From Corynebacterium glutamicum ATCC 13032 (GTDB lineage: Bacteria; Actinomycetota; Actinomycetes; Mycobacteriales; Mycobacteriaceae): a stretch of 32,000 bases of DNA. A model generated the notes under the pieces. That model saw only the letters and a program-made list of their open reading frames with translations. It was not told the DNA's origin and made no database searches. Within the stretch, counting starts at the first letter, position 1. Every line of letters begins with the position of its first letter. The stretch lies in NCBI RefSeq assembly GCF_000011325.1, contig NC_003450.3, forward strand, positions 2,850,001 to 2,882,000. Direction: 5' to 3'. Below, in pieces: positions 1 through 7,610 of this stretch. A program made the position numbers and the translations under genes.

Positions 1-31
1 AATCAACCGCCCGGACGATCTCCCCGAGGTC

Positions 32-1819
32 ATGGATGTTCTCATCGTTGGTGCAGGTCCGGCTGGCACCATCGCAGCGGCTCAGCTTTCCCGATTCCCC
101 AATGTGACCACCCGCCTCGTAGAGAGAAGCGACCGTCGCCTCGAACTAGCCAATGCAGATGGCGTGCACTCCCGAACCATTGAAACTTTCCAGGCATTTG
201 GTTTCGCCCACGAGATCCTCGCCGAAGCTCATGAAATCACCGACATGGCGTTCTGGAAGCCGGACCCGCAAAACCCTCGTGAGATCATTCGCGACAACAG
301 CACCCGCGAGCTGCCACAGCACATCAGTGAATTTCCGATGGCGTTGCTCACCCAGACCCGCATCATCGACCACTTCAACCGGTTCATGAAGAACTCCCCA
401 ACCAGGATGAAGCCTGACTATGGATACGAGTTCGTGGACTTTGAAGTAGAAGAAGACGCAGAATATCCGGTAATTGTCACCCTCCGCCGCACCAGTGGCG
501 AGCAAACTGGCGAATTGGTCACCGTCCGCACCAAGTACCTGGTCGGTGCCGATGGTGCACGAAGCCAAGTGCGCAAATCACTGGGATACCGACTCCAAGG
601 TAAGCAGGCTAACCACGCTTGGGGTGTGATGGATATTCACGCGAACACCGAGTTCCCCGACGTGCGCAAGAAGTGCACCATCAAATCTGATTCGGGTCGC
701 ACCATCTTGCTCATCCCACGTGAGGGTGGCTTCCTCTTCCGTCTCTACGTTGACCTGGGCGAAGTACCTGATGATGGCAGCAAGGCTGTTCGTGATACCC
801 CACTCCAGGATGTCATCGACACCGCGAACCAGATCATGGCTCCATTCACCCTCGACGTGAAAAACGTTGTGTGGAACTCCATCTACGAGGTAGGCCACCG
901 CGTCGCAGACCATTTCGATGACCGTGTTTCAGAAAAAACCTCGAGCGAACACCCACGCATTTTCATTGCTGGCGACGCCTGCCACACCCACAGCGCTAAG
1001 GCTGGCCAGGGCATGAACGTGTCCATGCAGGACGGATTCAACCTTGGCTGGAAGCTTGGACATGTGGCCAGCGGAAATAGCCCACGCGAACTACTTCAGA
1101 CCTACGCTGAAGAGCGCGAAGACATTGCCTACAAGCTCATCGAGTACGACAAGAACTGGTCAACACTCATGGCAAAGCCAAGCAGCGAAATGGGCAGTGC
1201 CCAAGACCTTGAGGATTTCTACCGCGCGAACTCTGAGTTCAATGCCGGCTACATGACCCACTATCCTCCTTCTTCCATCACAATGGATGGCAGCAACCAA
1301 GATCTGGCAAAGGGCTACCCAATTGGCCGACGCTTCAAGTCAGCGATGGTTGGTCGAGTCTGCGACTTCACCGAAACACACCTCGGTCACCAAGCAACAG
1401 CCGACGGACGCATGCGCGCATACGTCTTCGCAGGATCCGATGCACTTAACGGCGAGGGTTCTGAGCTAGACCGCTGGGCAGAATGGGCAGAGGCGAACCT
1501 TGACCCCACGCTTGTCGACGCCAAGGTGATTTACCAAAGCCCTTATACCGAGCTCGACACCCGCCAGGTTCCATCCGTGTTCAAACCTGCAGTCGGGATC
1601 TTCGAACTGACCAATGTGGAAAACTCCTTCGGTATCACCACGGACTCCGACATCTTTGATAGTCGCGAGATCTCCCGCGATGGTGTCGTGGTGGTAGTCC
1701 GACCAGACCAATACGTTTCCGGAATCTTCCCACTCACTGATACCCAAGGGCTTGGCGAATTCCTCACCGGATACTTCCCCAAAATGAAAGGCGCACATCA
1801 GCTAATCAACGCGAACTAA
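32..1819 (+). CDS. FAD-dependent aromatic-ring hydroxylase, phenol 2-monooxygenase (PheA/TfdB-type) family; true N-terminus may lie upstream of the window
   Basis: 595-aa ORF with the VLIVGAGPAG dinucleotide-binding fold at the N-terminus. It also has LVGADGARSQVR, the IFIAGDACHTHSAKAGQGMNVSMQD FAD-contact motif, and a C-terminal extension with VVVVRPDQY as in long phenol hydroxylases. The frame is open from base 2 (INRPDDLPEV precedes the ATG), so the start is uncertain. Confidence 0.85.
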   Translation: MDVLIVGAGPAGTIAAAQLSRFPNVTTRLVERSDRRLELANADGVHSRTIETFQAFGFAHEILAEAHEITDMAFWKPDPQNPREIIRDNSTRELPQHISEFPMALLTQTRIIDHFNRFMKNSPTRMKPDYGYEFVDFEVEEDAEYPVIVTLRRTSGEQTGELVTVRTKYLVGADGARSQVRKSLGYRLQGKQANHAWGVMDIHANTEFPDVRKKCTIKSDSGRTILLIPREGGFLFRLYVDLGEVPDDGSKAVRDTPLQDVIDTANQIMAPFTLDVKNVVWNSIYEVGHRVADHFDDRVSEKTSSEHPRIFIAGDACHTHSAKAGQGMNVSMQDGFNLGWKLGHVASGNSPRELLQTYAEEREDIAYKLIEYDKNWSTLMAKPSSEMGSAQDLEDFYRANSEFNAGYMTHYPPSSITMDGSNQDLAKGYPIGRRFKSAMVGRVCDFTETHLGHQATADGRMRAYVFAGSDALNGEGSELDRWAEWAEANLDPTLVDAKVIYQSPYTELDTRQVPSVFKPAVGIFELTNVENSFGITTDSDIFDSREISRDGVVVVVRPDQYVSGIFPLTDTQGLGEFLTGYFPKMKGAHQLINAN

Positions 1820-1836
1820 GGCACAGCTGTTAAAAC

Positions 1837-1880
1837 AGTGGACGTTCTGCTCAAATTAAGCAGAATGTCCACTTCTGTCT
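1837..1880 (+). terminator. Probable intrinsic terminator of the monooxygenase gene
   Basis: 15-nt arms agtggacgttctgct (1837-1851) and agcagaatgtccact (1859-1873) with one G-U pair and a 7-nt loop caaatta. They are followed by a weak T-rich tail tctgtct, 18 nt after the stop codon. Confidence 0.55.
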
Positions 1881-1960
1881 AGCCGCGTACAGCTCGAAGG
1901 ACTCGAAGAGTCTTAAGACTGTCCCTCACTCTGCGAGCAGCCATTGCGCTATCGGCAGCT

Positions 1961-2017
1961 ACCTGCAAGGTGCGCTGGTGGGAAGCGTCGACAAGCATCT
2001 TTAAGTAGCGTTGATGT
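1961..2017 (+). promoter_or_regulatory. Leader/promoter copy 1 of the paralog genes (57 bp, repeated at 5739-5795)
   Basis: 51/57 positions are identical to 5739-5795 by hand alignment, and the element ends exactly at the ATG. It contains an acc-tgcaa-ggt dyad, a GTCGAC site and a TAAGTA -10-like hexamer 12 nt before the ATG. No Shine-Dalgarno sequence is visible. Confidence 0.5.
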
Positions 2018-3736
2018 ATGCGCTCACTTCAATCGGTCCTTGACCTGCTGACTTCTAAGTCCAAAGTGGCTACCAAAATTGTGGTGGAACGAATTGAAAA
2101 GCATCCTGTTCATGGATTGGGATGGATGATGTATCCGCCATTTCATCCATGGACTGATGCTTCGACCTTGACGATTGAGCGAAACGGAACCAGTCGGCGC
2201 GCGAGTCAGAATGGCGTTGCGGTTCTTCATCAGCATGAGCAAGTTCAAACTATCGGTCTAGCCAGCTATTTTATCGACTCCAAGATTTGGGTAAACGAGC
2301 TGGCTGGCCTTGATCGTATCAACATTTCTGAGAGTGAAGTTGCTGGTCGTGACGTATTAGTTCTGCCGTTATCTGATCTGACTTTAAGCATCGATGCGAA
2401 ATACGGCGTGGTTTTGGCTGCGGAAGACAGCGATGAATCAGTGCGCGCGGTATCCGTGGAGTTCCTGGACCAGTGGGTAGATGAAGAAGAACCCCCAGCG
2501 GAAGAAGTGCCTAAATATACGGAAACCAGGGAGGAACTTCCTCCACTTGAGATTCCTCCGGCTCCTTCCGGAAATCGTAATCTCCGAGTTCTGTGCACGT
2601 GGGGAGCGATGGAAGGAATTATTCCTGAGTGGAAACCCGGCGATCAAGTTTCACTGTTTTTGTCTTTCGACCTCGACGATCCGCCGTTCGAACAGCTCAA
2701 AACCACTCGTCGCGGGTACACCGAACCTGGCGAGATTTATGGAAACCAGCGCAGCTATAAATTTCACGCTGATGGTTGGAACGCTGTTATTTCCGCCAAA
2801 GTGCCACTGCGCACCGAAGAAAACCTCACCGGCTACTTCACCCACAGCTCCTACGCGGACACGAGCCGCCGCACGTCAGCGGTCATCACCGCAGTCTACC
2901 GCCACGGTAAGGACGCAATTATCGACGTGACCCTCGACGGTGCGAAACCTCCTAGATATCAAGAATCCTTGGATTGGAGCAGCACCAGTACCTGTGACGG
3001 TGAAACAATCTGGCTGTCCGATAAGAGCTTGCCCTTCGTCCGCGGTTTCAATGTCTCCACAGGCAAGCTAGTACACGAGATCTCCATACCCACCTTCAAT
3101 GAGATCGCCCTCGAATCCGGCAATAGAGCCCGCGCAGCGAAAAAACTTTGGGAACTTCCAGATCTTAAAGAGGCAACCGACCCTGTCCCAGCGATCCCCG
3201 CGGGCTGGAAACTACACAAAAGATTCGGGAAAAACTTCCATATCGTAAGCGCTGACAACGGAACCTGGAAACAAACCATCCTTAGGATCAAACCCTTCAA
3301 AGCAATTGAGCTTGATCTTGGATACGCCAAGATTTCGACGATTTACCAATACGGTGAACGAATTTATCTGCGTTCCGATCTTCACCAGATCACGTTTAAT
3401 CAGGATCTTGAAATCCTCAGTGTAGAGGTCCACGGAAATCCCGATGCAGGTTATTGGCCACTTTCCGATCTTCCACCAGGGGATTCTCCAACGCTGGGAT
3501 TTCCTATCGGATCACTCATGATGTTCCACGAACAACAAGATATCTACGCTTTCCACGATCCTAAAACAACAAAGCAACTAACAACTGTGAACTTGCCCAA
3601 AAGGCAGTTTGAAGTGGAATATGCTTCTCAGAACAGAATTGTTATTTCGCTGAAAAATCCAGAAAGCCGCCTCATTGACAAACTGTTGGTGTGGGAACCA
3701 CAAACCAGGTGGCGGGAACAAAACCTGGAGAGCTGA
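2018..3736 (+). CDS. Uncharacterised protein, paralog A of a tandem triplet (572 aa)
   Basis: Long ATG-initiated ORF that aligns end to end with ORF 5796-7520. It shares an ordered motif series with ORF 3770-5713. No signal peptide, TM segment or known catalytic motif was recognised. Confidence 0.85.
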   Translation: MRSLQSVLDLLTSKSKVATKIVVERIEKHPVHGLGWMMYPPFHPWTDASTLTIERNGTSRRASQNGVAVLHQHEQVQTIGLASYFIDSKIWVNELAGLDRINISESEVAGRDVLVLPLSDLTLSIDAKYGVVLAAEDSDESVRAVSVEFLDQWVDEEEPPAEEVPKYTETREELPPLEIPPAPSGNRNLRVLCTWGAMEGIIPEWKPGDQVSLFLSFDLDDPPFEQLKTTRRGYTEPGEIYGNQRSYKFHADGWNAVISAKVPLRTEENLTGYFTHSSYADTSRRTSAVITAVYRHGKDAIIDVTLDGAKPPRYQESLDWSSTSTCDGETIWLSDKSLPFVRGFNVSTGKLVHEISIPTFNEIALESGNRARAAKKLWELPDLKEATDPVPAIPAGWKLHKRFGKNFHIVSADNGTWKQTILRIKPFKAIELDLGYAKISTIYQYGERIYLRSDLHQITFNQDLEILSVEVHGNPDAGYWPLSDLPPGDSPTLGFPIGSLMMFHEQQDIYAFHDPKTTKQLTTVNLPKRQFEVEYASQNRIVISLKNPESRLIDKLLVWEPQTRWREQNLES

Positions 3737-3769
3737 GCACGGTTTGATTAACGTCGATAGGCTTGAGAA

Positions 3770-5713
3770 ATGGAATCCGTTGATGAACTCCTGAGTCTGA
3801 TCCGCCGAGGTGCAGCCACCACCGTGAGTATGAAACTTCAGGTGACCCGAGCTCCGAGCTCCCTTCACTTCGAGGGTGGGATGAGACCAACACAGCTCTT
3901 GAAGTACGTGAATCTAGATGGTCTAAACATCGATCGCAGCCACAGTACCTTCCACGTGCAGCAAGATGGGGCCGATGTATTACGCGGATCGGGAAACATA
4001 CGGTGGTGCTTCGAAGAAGACGATATCCCCTACGAAGTCGACGTGGATGACTTATTTATCCTCGGTGGCTTAGACAACTTCATAAATCCCCTTGGAGTGA
4101 TTGAGATAATGAATCTCCACTCCTTAGAGATTCGCCAAATTTCATCCGGCACAATTTCAGAACGAAAAACTTGGATCTTTCCCACTGCTGCTCGCTCATT
4201 CAATCAAAATCTAGTACACCCGCAAAGCATTGAAATCGATGCACAAACCGGCGTTATTTTGGCTATGGAAAACCGACTACAACGTACCGAAGTTGAATCA
4301 GTAGAGTACCCAACGGATCTTCCTAATCCTGCATGGACAGGTCCAGCCATTTCTTGGCCACTAAAAGACCCATCAATCGATTTCCCTGACCCGCTCCCCC
4401 ACAGCATTTCCGAATTACCACCTCAATCCGATAATCCTCGGCATTTGCGAGTATCCATCAGCTTAGATGCAGTGGAAGGTGCTTTTCCGCGCTACCGGAT
4501 CGGAGATTCAATACGTATTCCGCTTGTCTTTGCCCGGGACACGCCCTTCATGTCCGGCTTAGAAACAACACGTCGCGCCTGGATTGAGGCGGCCACGGAA
4601 ATGGACATCCATAACACATGGCCCATAATCCTCACCGGTGACGGCTGGACTGCACTCTCTCATTCAGACAAACCAATACGCCACGAAGCCGAGTTAAAGG
4701 GATGGTTTTTCCACAGTTTGTTCGGCAGTGAAATGCCCTTGACTGATCTGAAGATTGAACGAATCTACGGAGGCCTGGGTACTTTCGACAGCGGAGCCAC
4801 CCGGTGGCAAGAACTCACAGACACAGATGATGCCTACACAGAAAATGGCAGCTGGCTGTTGGAAGTTATCGTCGATGCCACCCTTGACGGTGCAATTCCA
4901 CCACCACTTCAGCCACAACAGTTTGAAGCATCCATCACTCACATCGTCGATGAGCAACTATGGGTCCTTGGGCAGATGCTTCCAGTTCTACGATGCTGGG
5001 ATCTTGAAACCGGAAAATACCTGGGGCAAACCTATGTACCTATTTCGGTTTCTCATAGTTCTCGGCTTCAGTTTTCGGAAGGGTTGATTCACGATTATGA
5101 AAATGCCTGGTCGCTGAATCCTGGGGTGCGCATGCTTGCGGAGCCACAGCCGTGGATAGAGCCTGTCATAGAACTCGACGTTCCAGCGCCATGGGAATTA
5201 CAAGAAAGCTTCCCCGATGGGCTTTACTCCCTAACTGATGGAGAGCAAACAGCACTGGGTCGAAGCACTCCAGCAGGACAATTGGAAATCTGTGTAATCA
5301 GCAATGACGGATCCAGGATCTTAAACGCAGGCCGAGTAGAAGACCTGTACTTTGTGCAATTCTGGGGCATGACCGTCTTTTTGAATTCCAACTTTCAAGT
5401 GCAAAGTGCCGAAGAACATCAGCTTGGTGCGAAACGTGAACGCTGGATTACACAAGAAGGCGTAGCTGCCAAGTTCACCGAAGAAGATGAAATCGTATTC
5501 CTCGATCAGATATCTGGAAGCGAAATAACCAGGTGGAAAACACCAGAAGGATACTTCACTGAGGTCAGAATTCTGTCACCAAACCACTTCAACATACTGG
5601 TTACTCCGCCTACTGGTTCTGACTATCTCAAACCAGTACCTTCCTCTGTCTCAGTGTTTAGAGACGGTCAATGGAGCAACATTAAATTCGAGGACGTCTC
5701 TGTAGAAATCTAG
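3770..5713 (+). CDS. Uncharacterised protein, diverged paralog B of the triplet (647 aa)
   Basis: Begins 33 nt after paralog A. Shared collinear motifs include IEIDAQTGVILAMEN, NPRHLRVSI, LETTRRAWIE, GDGWTAL, LKGWFFH and IVDATLDGAIPPP. Confidence 0.8.
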   Translation: MESVDELLSLIRRGAATTVSMKLQVTRAPSSLHFEGGMRPTQLLKYVNLDGLNIDRSHSTFHVQQDGADVLRGSGNIRWCFEEDDIPYEVDVDDLFILGGLDNFINPLGVIEIMNLHSLEIRQISSGTISERKTWIFPTAARSFNQNLVHPQSIEIDAQTGVILAMENRLQRTEVESVEYPTDLPNPAWTGPAISWPLKDPSIDFPDPLPHSISELPPQSDNPRHLRVSISLDAVEGAFPRYRIGDSIRIPLVFARDTPFMSGLETTRRAWIEAATEMDIHNTWPIILTGDGWTALSHSDKPIRHEAELKGWFFHSLFGSEMPLTDLKIERIYGGLGTFDSGATRWQELTDTDDAYTENGSWLLEVIVDATLDGAIPPPLQPQQFEASITHIVDEQLWVLGQMLPVLRCWDLETGKYLGQTYVPISVSHSSRLQFSEGLIHDYENAWSLNPGVRMLAEPQPWIEPVIELDVPAPWELQESFPDGLYSLTDGEQTALGRSTPAGQLEICVISNDGSRILNAGRVEDLYFVQFWGMTVFLNSNFQVQSAEEHQLGAKRERWITQEGVAAKFTEEDEIVFLDQISGSEITRWKTPEGYFTEVRILSPNHFNILVTPPTGSDYLKPVPSSVSVFRDGQWSNIKFEDVSVEI

Positions 5714-5738
5714 GGCTTTCGACGCTTGAGCCCCGCGC

Positions 5739-5795
5739 ACCTGCAAGGTGCGCTGTAGGGAGGCGTCGACAAGCATCTTTAAGTAGCTTTGAAGC
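5739..5795 (+). promoter_or_regulatory. Leader/promoter copy 2 (upstream of paralog C)
   Basis: 89% identical to 1961-2017. It is preceded by and overlaps a perfect 7-5-7 palindrome gcgcacc-tgcaa-ggtgcgc (5735-5753). Confidence 0.5.
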
Positions 5796-7520
5796 ATGCG
5801 TTCCTTTCAATCGATCCTTGACCTGGTAAATTCAGCATCCGAGGTGGCTACCAAAATTGTGTTGAAGCGCTTCGAAAAACGGATAACCAGCGAAACTGAC
5901 TGGGTACCGTATCAGCGGTTTAGTCTTTGGTCGGTTGGTTCTCCGCTAACGATCGAACGCAAAGGCCCCGATGTGCGTGTGAGCAAGGACAACACTGCCG
6001 TTCTTCAGCGCTATCAAAGACCGGAAGCAGAAGGACTGATCAGCTACTTCATGGATCCAAAGCCATGGATAACTGAATTGGCAGGCCTGAATCTGGACGA
6101 TGTTTCCGAAGATACAGTTGCAGGTCGGACAGTATTAGTGGTTCCCCTATCCAATGTCATTCTCAGCATCGATGCGGAATTTGGGATGATTCTAACTGCG
6201 GAAAACGACATAGAAAAGATCCACGCAATATCTGTCGAACTCTTAGAAAAATGGAGATCATCCCATTACCCTGAGCCGCATTTTCCTGCAGCGGTTCTCC
6301 CACCTGCGTCGACTGGAAACCGCAACCTCCGAGTTCTATGCCCTGAGTTTTCCATTCCAAGTGTCAACGTTGGTGATCAGGTTTTACTATTTTTAACATT
6401 TGATCAAACCCTGCCACCAGTAGATCAGCTTGAAACTACTCGCCGCGGATACACTGATCCAATCCAGCTTGACTACGACCACCGCCAATACAGGTTTCAC
6501 GCCGACGGTTGGGATGCCATCATCTCCACGGTGGAGCCACTACACGACGAAGAAGAACTCACAGGTTACTTCCTGCACCGCCTTGACCCAGATAGCGCGT
6601 ACCCAACCATTGCAGTCGTTACAGCAGCGCACTACCACGGTACGGACGCAATTATCGACGTGACCCTAGATGGTGTGCATCCACCCAAAAACCAAGAAAC
6701 TCTTGAAGGCATCAGCACTAGTACCAGTGACGGTGACATATTTTGGCTCTCCGATGAAAGCTTGCCTTTCGTCCGTGGATTCAGCGTGTCAACAGGCGAA
6801 CTATTACACGAGATCTCCATCCCCACGTTCCAAGAGATCGTCCTCGATTCCGCTAATAGAGCCCGCGTAAAACAAAAGCAATGGCCTCACGATTTCAGTG
6901 ATTGCAAGGGAAAAACATGGGAGCTTCCGGATCTTAAAGAAGTATTCGAAGCTGTCCCTTCGATTCCAGCAGGTTGGAGATTGTTAGACAGCTTCGGGAA
7001 AAACTTGCACAATGTCACACGCGAAAACCCTCGTCTTAATGACAACTTTTGGCTTCAAACAATCCTTAGGCTTAAACCATTTAAAGCAGTAGATCTTGAT
7101 ATCGGCCGATCGATAATCACAGCAATTTACCCATACGGTGATCGAATTTACTTACGCGCTAGTAACCACCACATCACGTTTAACCAGGACCTCGAGATTC
7201 TCAACGTAGAAGTCTTTGGCGACCCTGAGGTTCCCGAATCTGGTCTAATTTATCTTCCACCTGGGGATTCTCCAACACTCGGTTTTCCCACCGGAACACT
7301 CATGATGTTTCATGAGCAAGAAGGCACATATGCTTTCCACGACCCTGAAACAACAGAACAAATAACAACTGTGAACTTAGACAGGAATAGTTTTTCAGTG
7401 GCATATTCTTCCCGAACCAAAATTGTTATTTCACTGAAAAACCCAGAAAGCCGACCTACCAACAAGCTGTTGGTGTGGGAACCACAAACCGGGTGGCGAG
7501 AACAGAACCTGGAGCGCTGA
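5796..7520 (+). CDS. Uncharacterised protein, paralog C of the triplet (574 aa)
   Basis: Long ATG ORF that is collinear with paralog A over its full length. Both end in KLLVWEPQT.WREQNLE. Confidence 0.85.
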   Translation: MRSFQSILDLVNSASEVATKIVLKRFEKRITSETDWVPYQRFSLWSVGSPLTIERKGPDVRVSKDNTAVLQRYQRPEAEGLISYFMDPKPWITELAGLNLDDVSEDTVAGRTVLVVPLSNVILSIDAEFGMILTAENDIEKIHAISVELLEKWRSSHYPEPHFPAAVLPPASTGNRNLRVLCPEFSIPSVNVGDQVLLFLTFDQTLPPVDQLETTRRGYTDPIQLDYDHRQYRFHADGWDAIISTVEPLHDEEELTGYFLHRLDPDSAYPTIAVVTAAHYHGTDAIIDVTLDGVHPPKNQETLEGISTSTSDGDIFWLSDESLPFVRGFSVSTGELLHEISIPTFQEIVLDSANRARVKQKQWPHDFSDCKGKTWELPDLKEVFEAVPSIPAGWRLLDSFGKNLHNVTRENPRLNDNFWLQTILRLKPFKAVDLDIGRSIITAIYPYGDRIYLRASNHHITFNQDLEILNVEVFGDPEVPESGLIYLPPGDSPTLGFPTGTLMMFHEQEGTYAFHDPETTEQITTVNLDRNSFSVAYSSRTKIVISLKNPESRPTNKLLVWEPQTGWREQNLER

Positions 7521-7528
7521 GCACGCTT

Positions 7529-7562
7529 AAGGTGAGGTGGCGGCGGGAGGCGTCGAGAAGCA
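7529..7562 (+). repeat. Third, partial copy of the paralog leader (orphan, downstream of paralog C)
   Basis: The segment starts with aaggtg and ends with gggaggcgtcgagaagca. The 18-mer 7545-7562 matches gggaggcgtcgacaagca of copy 2 at 17/18 positions. The element then runs into the terminator instead of a gene. Confidence 0.6.
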
Positions 7563-7606
7563 AAAAAATGGGGCAGAAAGTCAATGACCTTCTGCCCCAT
7601 TTTTTG
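7562..7606. terminator. Bidirectional intrinsic terminator between paralog C (+) and the MFS gene (-)
   Basis: Perfect 11-bp stem atggggcagaa (7568-7578) / ttctgccccat (7590-7600) with an 11-nt loop. It is flanked by A7 on the left and T5-6 on the right, so it reads as hairpin plus U-tract on both strands. Confidence 0.85.
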
Positions 7607-7610
7607 GTAT

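Noticed and set aside
146-1798. Internal and antisense ORFs within the monooxygenase gene (146-568, 578-913, 1466-1798 minus; 153-389, 1044-1256 plus), and similar short ORFs inside paralogs A-C
   Set aside because: They are nested in longer ORFs that carry clear family motifs or paralog conservation. They have no independent support.
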